From the NCBI GenBank assembly GCA_964016885.1, contig OZ024748.1, forward strand, positions 37,882,001-37,946,000: DNA of 64,000 nt, read 5' to 3'. This document shows positions 53,430 to 64,000 of this stretch, piece by piece. The stretch comes from Eledone cirrhosa (lineage: Eukaryota). The position numbers and the translations under genes were made by a program. Within the stretch, counting starts at the first letter, position 1. The number at the start of each line of letters is the position of its first letter. The notes under the pieces were generated by a model. It saw nothing but the letters and a program-made list of their open reading frames with translations. It did not search any database and had not been told where the DNA came from.

Positions 53430-56400
53430 GTGTTGTGTTTAAAAAGAAGGAAAAATATAAAGATATTGCGAAAGAGGTAAGTGTTGTGATTAAAAAGAAG
53501 GAAAAATATAAAGAATGTTGCGAAGGAGCTCAGAGTGTTGATTAAAAAGAAGGAAAAATATAAAGAATTTTGCGAAGGAGGTAAGAGTGGTGATAAAAAG
53601 AGGGAAAAATATAAAGAATGTTGCGAAGGAGGTAAGTGTTGTGATTAAAAAGAAGAAAAAATATAAAGAATGTTGCGAAGGGGGTAAGAGTTGTGATTAA
53701 AAAGAAAGAACATTATTTAGAATGTTGCGAAGGAGGTAAGTGTTGTGATTAAAAAGAAGGAAAAATATAAAGAATGTTGCGAAGGAGGTAAGAGTTGTGA
53801 TTAAAAAGAAGGAAAAATATAAAAAATGTTGCGAAGGAGGTAAGAGTTGTGATTAAAAAGAAGGAAAAATATAAAGAATGTTGCAAAGGAGGTAAGTGTT
53901 GTGATTAAAAGGAAGGGAAAATATGAAAATGTTGCGAATGAGGAAAGAGTGGTGATTAAAAAGAAAGAAAAATATAAAGAATGTTGCGAAGGAGGAAAGA
54001 GTTGTGATTAAAAGAAGGACAAATATAAAGAATGTTGCGAAGGAGGTAAGTGTTGTGATTAAAAGGAAGGAAAAATATAAAGAATGTTGCGAAGGAGGTA
54101 ATTGTTGCAATTAAAAAGAAAGACAAATATAAAGAATGTTGTGAAGGAGGAAAGTGTTGTGATTAAAAAGAAGGACAAATATAAGGAATATTGCGAAGGA
54201 GGTAAGTGTTGTGAATAAAAAGAAGGAAAAATATAAAGAATCCTACGAAGGAGGTAAGAGTTGTGTTTAAAAAGAAGGGAAAATATAAAGAATGTTGCGA
54301 AAGAGGTAATTGTTGTGATTAAAAAGAAGGAAAAATATAAAGAATGTTGCGAAGGAGGTAAGAGTGTTGATTAAAAAGAAGGAAAAACATAAAGAATGTT
54401 GCGAAGGAGGTAAGTGTTGTGATTAAAAAGAAGGAAAAATATAAAGAATGTTACGAAGGAGGTAAGAGTTGTAATTAAACAGAAGAAAAATATAAAGAAT
54501 GTTGCGAAGGAGGTAAGTGTTGTCATTAAAAAGAAGGAAAAATATAAAGAATATTACGAAGGAGGTATGTGTTGTGATTAAAAAGAAGGAAAAATATAAA
54601 GAAATTTACGAAGGAGGTAAGAGTGGTGATTAAAAAGAAGGGAAAATATAAAGAAATTTACGAAGGAAGTAGGAGTGGTGATTAAAAAGAAGGAAAAATA
54701 TAAAGAATATTGCGAAGGAAGTAAGTGTTGTGTTTAAAAAGAAGGAAAAATATAAAGATGTCGCGAAAGAGGTAAGTGTTGTGATTAAAAAGAAGGAAAA
54801 ATATAAAGAAATTTACGAAGGAGGTAAGTGTTGTGATTAAAAAGAAGGAAAAATATAAAGAATATTGCGAAGGAGGTAAGTGCTGTGTTTAAAAAGAAGG
54901 AAAAATATAAAAAAATGTTGCGAAGGAGGTAAGAGTTGTGATTAAAAAGAAGGAAAAATATAAAGAATGTTGGGAAGGAGGTAAGTGTTTTGATTAAAAG
55001 GAAGGGAAAATATGATAATGTTGCGAAGGAGGAAAGAGTGGTGATTAAAAAGAAGGGAAAATATAAAGAATGTTGCGAAAGAGGTAATTGTTGTGATTAA
55101 AAAGAAGGAAAAATATAAAGAATGTTGCGAAGGAGGTAAGAGTGTTGATTAAAAAGAAGGAAAAACATAAAGAATGTTGCGAAGGAGGTAAGTGTTGTGA
55201 TTAAAAAGAAGGAAAAATATAAAGAATGTTACGAAGGAGCTAAGAGTTGTGATTAAACAGAAGAAAAATATATAGAATGTTGCGAAGGAGGTAAGTGTTG
55301 TCATTAAAAAGAAGGAAAAATATAAAGAATATTACGAAGGAGGTAAGTGTTGTGATTAAAAAGAAGGAAAAATATAAAGAAATTTACGAAGGAGGTAAGA
55401 GTGGTGATTAAAAAGAAGGGAAAATATAAAGAAATTTACGAAGGAAGTAAGAGTGGTGATTAAAAAGAAGGAAAAATATAAAGAATATTGCGAAGGCGGT
55501 AAGAGTGGTGATTAAAAAAGAGGAAAAATATAAAGAATGTTGAGAAGGAGGTAAGAGTGTTGATTAAAAAGGAGGAAAAATATAAAGAATGTTGCGAAGG
55601 AGGTAAGAGTTGTGATTAAAAAGAAAGAAAATTATTTAGAATGTTGCGAAGGACGTAAGTGTTGTGATTAAAAAGAAGGAAAAATATAAAGAATGTTGCG
55701 AAGGAGGTAAGAGTTGTGATTAAAAAGAAGGAAAAATATAAAAAATGTTGCGAAGGAGGTAACTGTTGTGATTAAAAGGAAGGGAAAATATAAAGAATAT
55801 TGCGAAGGAGGTAAGTGTTGTGATTAAAAGGAAGGGAAAATATGAAAATGTTGCGAAGGAGGAAAGAGTGGTGATTAAAAAGAAGGAAAAATATAAAGAA
55901 TGTTACGAAGGAGGTAAGAGTTGTGATTAAACAGAAGAAAAATATAAAGAATGTTGCGAAGGAGGTAAGTGTTGTCATTAAAAAGAAGGAAAAATATAAA
56001 GAATATTACGAAGGAGGTATGTGTTGTGATTAAAAAGAAGGAAAAATATAAAGAAAGTTGCGAAGAAGGTAAGTGTTGTGATTAAAAAGAGGGAAAAATA
56101 TAAAGAATGTTGCGAAGAAGGTAAGAGTTGTGATTAAAAAGAAGGAAAAATATAAAGAAACTTACTAAGGAAGTAAGAGTTGTGATTAAAAAGAAGGAAA
56201 AATATAAAGAATATTGCAAAGTAGGTAAGTGTTGTGTTTAAAAAGAAGGAAAAATATAAAGATATTGCGAAAGAGGTAAGTGTTGTGATTAAAAAGAAGG
56301 AAAAATATAAAGAATGTTGCGAAGGAGCTCAGAGTGTTGATTAAAAAGAAGGAAAAATATAAAGAATTTTGCGAAGGAGGTAAGAGTGGTGATAAAAAGA

Positions 56401-59160
56401 GGGAAAAATATAAAGAATGTTGCGAAGGAGGTAAGAGTTGTGATTAAAAAGAAGAAAAAATATAAAGAATGTTGCGAAGGGGGTAAGAGTTGTGATTAAA
56501 AAGAAAGAACATTATTTAGAATGTTGCGAAGGAGGTAAGTGTTGTGATTAAAAAGAAGGAAAAATATAAAGAATGTTGCGAAGGAGGTAAGAGTTGTGAT
56601 TAAAAAGAAGGAAAAATATAAAAAATGTTGCGAAGGAGGTAAGAGTTGTGATTAAAAAGAAGGAAAAATATAAAGAATGTTGCAAAGGAGGTAAGTGTTG
56701 TGATTAAAAGGAAGGGAAAATATGAAAATGTTGCGAATGAGGAAAGAGTGGTGATTAAAAAGAAAGAAAAATATAAAGAATGTTGCGAAGGAGGAAAGAG
56801 TTGTGATTAAAAGAAGGACAAATATAAAGAATGTTGCGAAGGAGGTAAGTGTTGTGATTAAAAGGAAGGAAAAATATAAAGAATGTTGCGAAGGAGGTAA
56901 TTGTTGCAATTAAAAAGAAAGACAAATATAAAGAATGTTGTGAAGGAGGAAAGTGTTGTGATTAAAAAGAAGGACAAATATAAGGAATATTGCGAAGGAG
57001 GTAAGTGTTGTGAATAAAAAGAAGGAAAAATATAAAGAATCCTACGAAGGAGGTAAGAGTTGTGTTTAAAAAGAAGGGAAAATATAAAGAATGTTGCGAA
57101 AGAGGTAATTGTTGTGATTAAAAAGATGGAAAAATATAAAGAATGTTGCGAAGGAGGTAAGAGTGTTGATTAAAAAGAAGGAAAAACATAAAGAATGTTG
57201 CAAAGGAGGTAAGTGTTGTGATTAAAAAGAAGGAAAAATATAAAGAATGTTACGAAGGAGGTAAGAGTTGTAATTAAACAGAAGAAAAATATAAAGAATG
57301 TTGCGAAGGAGGTAAGTGTTGTCATTAAAAAGAAGGAAAAATATAAAGAATATTACGAAGGAGGTATGTGTTGTGATTAAAAAGAAGGAAAAATATAAAG
57401 AAATTTACGAAGGAGGTAAGAGTGGTGATTAAAAAGAAGGGAAAATATAAAGAAATTTACGAAGGAAGTAGGAGTGGTGATTAAAAAGAAGGAAAAATAT
57501 AAAGAATATTGCGAAGGAAGTAAGTGTTGTGTTTAAAAAGAAGGAAAAATATAAAGATGTCGCGAAAGAGGTAAGTGTTGTGATTAAAAAGAAGGAAAAA
57601 TATAAAGAAATTTACGAAGGAGGTAAGTGTTGTGATTAAAAAGAAGGAAAAATATAAAGAATATTGCGAAGGAGGTAAGTGCTGTGTTTAAAAAGAAGGA
57701 AAAATATAAAAAAATGTTGCGAAGGAGGTAAGAGTTGTGATTAAAAAGAAGGAAAAATATAAAGAATGTTGGGAAGGAGGTAAGTGTTTTGATTAAAAGG
57801 AAGGGAAAATATGATAATGTTGCGAAGGAGGAAAGAGTGGTGATTAAAAAGAAGGGAAAATATAAAGAATGTTGCGAAAGAGGTAATTGTTGTGATTAAA
57901 AAGAAGGAAAAATATAAAGAATGTTGCGAAGGAGGTAAGAGTGTTGATTAAAAAGAAGGAAAAACATAAAGAATGTTGCGAAGGAGGTAAGTGTTGTGAT
58001 TAAAAAGAAGGAAAAATATAAAGAATGTTACGAAGGAGCTAAGAGTTGTGATTAAAAAGAAGGAAAAATATAAAGAAATTTACGAAGGAGGTAAGAGTGT
58101 TGATTAAAAAGAAGGAAAAATATATAGAATGTTGCGAAGGAGGTAAGTGTTGTCATTAAAAAGAAGGAAAAATATAAAAATATTACGAAGGAGGTAAGTG
58201 TTGTGATTAAAAAGAAGGAAAAATATAAAGAAATTTACGAAGGAGGTAAGAGTGGTGATTAAAAAGAAGGGAAAATATAAAGAAATTTACGAAGGAAGTA
58301 AGAGTGGTGATTAAAAAGAAGGAAAAATATAAAGAATATTGCGAAGGCGGTAAGAGTGGTGATTAAAAAAGAGGAAAAATATAAAGAATGTTGAGAAGGA
58401 GGTAAGAGTGTTGATTAAAAAGGAGGAAAAATATAAAGAATGTTGCGAAGGAGGTAAGAGTTGTGATTAAAAAGAAAGAAAATTATTTAGAATGTTGCGA
58501 AGGACGTAAGTGTTGTGATTAAAAAGAAGGAAAAATATAAAGAATGTTGCGAAGGAGGTAAGAGTTGTGATTAAAAAGAAGGAAAAATATAAAAAATGTT
58601 GCGAAGGAGGTAACTGTTGTGATTAAAAGGAAGGGAAAATATAAAGAATATTGCGAAGGAGGTAAGTGTTGTGATTAAAAGGAAGGGAAAATATGAAAAT
58701 GTTGCGAAGGAGGAAAGAGTGGTGATTAAAAAGAAGGAAAAATATAAAGAATGTTACGAAGGAGGTAAGAGTTGTGATTAAACAGAAGAAAAATATAAAG
58801 AATGTTGCGAAGGAGGTAAGTGTTGTCATTAAAAAGAAGGAAAAATATAAAGAATATTACGAAGGAGGTATGTGTTGTGATTAAAAAAAGGAAAAATATA
58901 AAGAAAGTTGCGAAGAAGGTAAGTGTTGTGATTAAAAAGAGGGAAAAATATAAAGAATGTTGCGAAGAAGGTAAGAGTTGTGATTAAAAAGAAGGAAAAA
59001 TATAAAGAAACTTACTAAGGAAGTAAGAGTTGTGATTAAAAAGAAGGAAAAATATAAAGAATATTGCAAAGTATGTAAGTGTTGTGTTTAAAAAGAAGGA
59101 AAAATATAAAGATGTTGCGAAAGAGGTAAGTGTTGTGATTAAAAAGAAGGAAAAATATAA
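53430..59160 (+). repeat. Tandem duplication of a 54/55-monomer (2799/2851-bp) block
   Basis: Offset 2799 for agatattgcg (53461/56260), gagctc (53526/56325) and gcaatt (54107/56906). Offset is about 2851 after an extra monomer near 58050-58100 (pseudo-ORFs 55772/58623). Confidence 0.9.
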
Positions 59161-61214
59161 AGATTGTTGCGAAGGAGGTAAGAGTGGTGATTAAAAAGAA
59201 GGAAAAATATAAAGAATGTTGCGAAGGAGGTAACTGTTGTGATTAAAAAGAAGTAAAAATATAAAGAATGTTGCGAAGGAGGTAAGGGTTGTGATTAAAA
59301 GGAAGGGAATATATAAAGAATGTTGCGATGGAGGAAAGTGTTGTGATTAAAAAGCAGGAAAAATATAAAGAATCCTACGAAGGAGGTAAGAGTTGTGTTT
59401 AAAAAGAAGGAAAAATATAAAGAATGTTGCGAAGGAGCTAACTGTTGTGATTAAAAAGAAGGAAAAATATAAAGAATATTACGAAGGAAGTAAGAGTTGT
59501 GATTAAAAAGAATGGAAGATATTAAGAATGTTGCGAAGAGGTAAGCGTTGTGATTAAAAGAAGGAAAAATATAAAGAATGTTGCGAAGGAGGTAAGAGTG
59601 TTGATTAAAAAGAAGGAAAAATATAAAGAATGTTACGAAGGAGGTAAGAGTTGTGATTAAACAGAAGGAAAAATATAAAGAATGTTGCGAAGGAGGTAAG
59701 TGTTGTGATTAAAAAGAAGGAAAAATATAAAGACATTTATGAAGGAGGTAAGAGTGGTGATTAAAAAGAAGGAAAAATATAAAGAATATTGCAAAGTAGG
59801 TAAGTGTTGTGTTTAAAAAGAAGGAAAAATATAAAGAATGTTGCGAAGGTGGTAAGTGTTGTGATTAAAAAGAAAGAAAAATATAAAGAATGTTGCGAAG
59901 GAGGTAAGTGTTGTGATTAAAAAGAAGGAAAAATATAAAGAATGTTGTGAAGGAGGTAAGTGTTGTGATTAAAAAGAAGGAAAAATATAAAGAATGTTGT
60001 GAAGGAGGTAAGAGTTGTGATTAAAACGAGGGAATAATATAAAGAATGTTGCGAAGGAGGTAAGAGATGTGATTAAAAAAAGGAAAAATATAAAGAATGT
60101 TGCGAAGGAGGTAAGAGTTGTGATTAAAAGAAGGAAAATATAATGAATGTTGCGAAGGAGGTAAGAGTTGTGATTAAAAAGAAGGAAAAATATACAGAAA
60201 CTTACGAAGGAGGTAAGAGTTGTGATTAAACAGAAGGAAAAATATAAAGAATGTTGCGAAGGAGGAAAGAGTGTTGATTAAAAGAAAGAAAAATATAAAG
60301 TATGTTGCGAAGGAGGTAATTGTTGCAATTAAAAAGAAAAACAAATATAAAGAATGTTGCGAAGGAGGTAAGAGTTGTGATTAAAAGAAGGAAAATATAA
60401 TGAATGTTGCGAAGGAGGTAAGAGTTGTGATTAAAAAGAAGGAAAAATATACATAAACTTACGAAGGAGGTAAGTGTTGTGATTAAAAAGAATGACAAAT
60501 ATAAAGAATATATCGAAGGAGGTAAGTGTTGTGATTAAATTGAAGGAAAAATATAAAGAATGTTGCGAAGGAGGTAATTGTTGCAATTAAAAAGAAAAAC
60601 AAATATAAAGAATGTTGCGAAGGAGGTAAGTGTTGTGATTAAAAAGAAGGAAAAATATAAAGAATCCTACGAAGGAGGTAAGAGTTGTGTTTAAAAAGAA
60701 GGAAAAATATAAAGAATGTTGCGAAGGAGGTAAGTGTTGTGATTAAAAAGAAGGAAATATATAAAGAATATTACGAAGGAAGTAAGAGTGGTGATTAAAA
60801 AGAAGGTAAAATATAAAGAATATTGCGAAGAAGCTAAGTGTTGTGTTTAAAAAGAAGGAAAAATATAAAGATGTTCGAAAGAGGTAAGTGTTGTGATTAA
60901 AAAGAAGGAAAAATATAATAAATGTTGCGAAGGAGGTAAGAGTGGTGATTAAAAAGAAGGAAAAATATAAAGAATGTTGCGAAGGAAGTAAGTGTTGTGA
61001 TTAAAAATAAGGAAAAATATAAAGAATGCTGCGAAGGAGGAAAGAGTGGTGATTAAAATGAATGAACAATATAAAGCATGTTGCGAAAGAGGTAAGTGTT
61101 GTGATTAAAAAGAAGGAAAAATATCAAGAATGTTGCGAAGGAGGTAAGAGTTGTGATTAAAAAGAAAGAAAATTATTTAGAATATTGCGAAGGAGGTAAG
61201 TGTTGTGAATAAAA

Positions 61215-64000
61215 AGAAGGATAAATATAAGGAAATTTACGAAGGAGTTATGATTGGTGATTAAAAAGAGGGTAAACTATAAAGAATATTGCGAGGGAGG
61301 TAAGTGTTGTGTTTAAAAAGAAGGAAAAATATAAAGAAATTTACGAAGGAGGTAAGAGTAGTGATTAAAAAGAAGGAAAAATATAAAGAATGTTGCAAAG
61401 GAGGTAAGTGTTGAGATTAAAAAGAAGGAAAAATATAAAGAATGTTGCGAAGGAGGTAAGAGTTGTGATTAAAAAGGATGGAAAATATAAAGAATGTTGC
61501 GAAAGAGGTAAGTGTTGTGATTGAAAAGAAGGAAAAATATAAAGAATGTTGCGAAGTAGGTAAGAGTGTTTATTAAAAAGAAGGAAAAATATAAAGAATG
61601 TTGCGAAGGAGGAAAGTGTTGTGATTAAAAAGAAGAAAAAGTATAAAGAATGTTGCGAAGGAGGTAGTGTTGTGATTAAAAAGAAGGATAAATATAAGGA
61701 AATTTACGAAGGAGTTATGATTGGTGATTAAAAAGAGGGTAAACTATAAAGAATATTGCGAGGGAGGTAAGTGTTGTGTTTAAAAAGAAGGAAAAATATA
61801 AAGAAATTTACGAAGGAGGTAAGAGTGGTGATTAAAAAGAAGGAAAAATATAAAGAATGTTGCGAAGGAGGTAAGTGTTGAGATTAAAAAGAAGGAAAAA
61901 TATAAAGAATGTTGCGAAGGAGGTAAGAGTTGTGATTAAAAAGGATGGAAAATATAAAGAATGTTGCGAAAGAGGTAAGTGTTGTGATTGAAAAGAAGGA
62001 AAAATATAAAGAATGTTGCGAAGTAGGTAAGAGTGTTTATTAAAAAGAAGGAAAAATATAAAGAATGTTGCGAAGGAGGAAAGTGTTGTGATTAAAAAGA
62101 AGAAAAAGTATAAAGAATGTTGCGAAGGAGGTAGTGTTGTGATTAAAAAGAAGGAAAAATGTAAAGAATGTTACGAAGGAGGTAAGTGTTGTGATTAAAA
62201 AGAAGGATAAATATAAGGAAATTTACGAAGGAGGTAAGAGCGGTGATTAAAAAGAAGGAAAAATATAAAAATTGTTGCGAAGGAGGTAAGTGTTGTGATT
62301 AAAAATAAGGAAAAATATAAAGAATGTTGCGAAGGAGGTAAGAGTTGTGATTAAAAACAAGGAATAATATAAAGAATGTTGCGAAGGAGGTAAGTGTTGT
62401 GATTAAAAAGAAGGAAAAATATAAAGAATGTTGCGAAGGAGGTAAGTGTTGTGAATAAAAAGAAGGAAAAATATAAAGAAAGTCTTGTGATTAAAAAGAA
62501 GTAAAAATATAAAAAATGTTGCGAAGGAGGTAAGCGTTGTGATTAAAAAGAAGGTAAAATATAAAGAATGTTGAGAAGGAGGTCAGTGTTGTGATTAAAA
62601 GGAAGGGAAAATATAAAGAATGTTGCGAAGGAGGTAAGTGTTGTGATTAAAAAAAAGGAAAAATATACAGAATGTTGTGAAGGAGGTAAGTGTTGTGATT
62701 AAAAAGAAGGAAAAATATAAAGAACGTTGCGAAGGAGGAAAGTGTTGTGATTAAAAAGAAGGATAAATATAAAGAATGTTGCGAAGGAGGTAATTGTTGC
62801 ACTTAAAAAGAAAGACAAATATAAAGAATGTTGCGAAGGAGGTAAGAGTTGTGATTAAAAAGAAGGAAAATATAAAGAATGTTGCGAAGGAGGTAAGAGT
62901 TGTGATTAAAAAGAAGGAAAAATATAAAGAAACTTACGAAGGAGGTAAGAGTTGTGATTAAAAAGAAGGAAAAATATAAAGAATGTTGCGAAGGAGGTAA
63001 GTATTGTGATTAAAAAGAAGGAAAAATATAAGGAATGTTACGAAGGTGGTAAGAGTGGTGATTAAAAAGAAGGAAAAATATAAAGAATATTGCGAAGGAG
63101 GTAAGTGTTGTGTTTAAAAAGAAGGAAAAATATAAAGTATGTTGTGTAAGAGGTAAGTCTTGTAATTAAAAAGAAGGAAAATTATAAAGAATGTTGCGAA
63201 GGAGGTAATTGTTACAATTAAAAAGAAAGACAAATATAAATAATGTTGTGAAGGAGGAAAGTGTTGTGATTAAAAAGAAGGAAAAATATAAAGAATGTTG
63301 CGAGGGAGGTAAGAGTGGTGATTAAAAAGAAGGAAAAATATAAAGAATATTGCGATGGAGGTAAGTGTTGTGTTTAAAAAAAAGGAAAAATATAAAGATG
63401 TTGCGAAAGAGGTAAGTGTTCTGATTAAAAAGAAGGAAAAATATAAAGAAATTTACGAAGGAGATAAGTGTTGTGATTAAAAAGAAGGAAAAATATAAAG
63501 AATATTGCGAAGGAGGGAAGTGTTGTGTTTAAAAAGAAGGAAAAATATAAAGATATTGCGAAAGAGGTAAGTGTTGTGATTAAAAAGAAGGAAAAATATA
63601 AAGAATGTTGCGAAGGAGCTCAGAGTGTTGATTAAAAAGAAGGAAAAATATAAAGAATTTTGCGAAGGAGGAAAGTGTTGTGATTAAAAAGAAGGAAAAA
63701 TATAAAGAATGTTGCGAAGGAGGTAAGAGTGGTGATAAAAAGAGGGAAAAATATAAAGAATGTTGCGAAGGAGGTAAGTGTTGTGATTAAAAAGAAGAAA
63801 AAATATAAAGAATGTTGCGAAGGGGGTAAGAGTTGTGATTAAAAAGAAAGAACATTATTTAGAATGTTGCGAAGGAGGTAAGTGTTGTGATTAAAAAGAA
63901 GGAAAAATATAAAGAATGTTGCGAAGGAGGTAAGAGTTGTGATTAAAAAGAAGGAAAAATATAAAAAATGTTGCGAAGGAGGTAAGAGTTGTGATTAAAA
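61215..64000 (+). repeat. Dispersed copy of ~51470-53870, beginning with a local 9-monomer (467-bp) tandem duplication
   Basis: cgagggagg at 51551 recurs at 61292 and 61759. Other pairs: gttacaatta 52914/63211, tgcgatggag 53261/63351, gagctc 53526/63616. Confidence 0.85.

Larger units (their letters stand above)
1..64000 (+). repeat. 52-bp tandem satellite array (~1,230 head-to-tail monomers, one orientation, running off both window ends)
   Basis: Consensus ggaggtaagtgttgtgattaaaaagaaggaaaaatataaagaatgttgcgaa (52 nt) recurs continuously from base 1 to 64000. Most monomers differ by 0-4 substitutions or 1-bp indels in A-runs. No non-repeat sequence seen. Confidence 0.99.

Noticed and set aside
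18098-60498. Minus-strand 62-90 aa hydrophobic ORFs (LLITTLTSFATFFIFF...)
   Set aside because: They are translations of the satellite. The consensus minus strand has one stop (from + strand TTA) and 52 mod 3 = 1, so a frame stays open for about 3 monomers, and 1-bp deletions extend it. Starts are mostly non-ATG and ORF spacing simply mirrors the block duplications.
1-64000. CRISPR array
   Set aside because: No unique spacers, the whole 52-bp unit is repeated, and there are no cas genes or leader.
1-64000. Telomeric repeat tract (G-rich, C-poor strand)
   Set aside because: No TTAGGG/TTTAGGG-type unit. The 52-bp length and the heritable variant blocks fit recombinational satellite evolution rather than telomerase synthesis. 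A subtelomeric location cannot be excluded.
1-64000. TATA box (TATAAA) in each monomer and occasional AATAAA
   Set aside because: Expected in A-rich sequence; no downstream gene or other promoter evidence.
1-64000. Transposon insertion, inversion or hidden unique island
   Set aside because: Reading through the window showed no interruption, no C/T-rich reversed segment, and no terminal repeats or target-site duplications.
1-64000. Strict dimer/trimer alternation of the common alleles (aagTgtt/aagAgtt, ttGcg/ttAcg) as a code or fixed 104/156-bp HOR
   Set aside because: Runs of each allele are irregular by eye and are explained by the larger block duplications. An autocorrelation test at lags 2-3 would be needed to revive the idea.

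Overview
The whole 64-kb window is one uninterrupted, single-orientation tandem satellite array of about 1,230 copies of a 52-bp monomer. The + strand consensus is GGAGGTAAG(T/A)GTTGTGATTAAAAAGAAGGAAAAATATAAAGAATGTT(G/A)CGAA (24 A, 15 G, 12 T, 1 C; about 31% GC). I found no genes, RNA genes, transposons, inversions or CRISPR spacers, and all listed ORFs are by-products of the repeat. The informative signal is the order of variant monomers. It shows nested, monomer-in-register tandem duplications (5-, 8-, 9-, 21-, 25/26-, 54/55-, 73/74-, 93- and 94-monomer blocks), a dispersed copy about 10 kb away, and a layered layout in which a central domain (26.3-46.5 kb) separates two related domains. This architecture is typical of eukaryotic (peri)centromeric or heterochromatic satellite DNA, but neither the organism nor centromeric function can be established from sequence alone. 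Block boundaries were counted by hand from diagnostic variants and are approximate to about one monomer.
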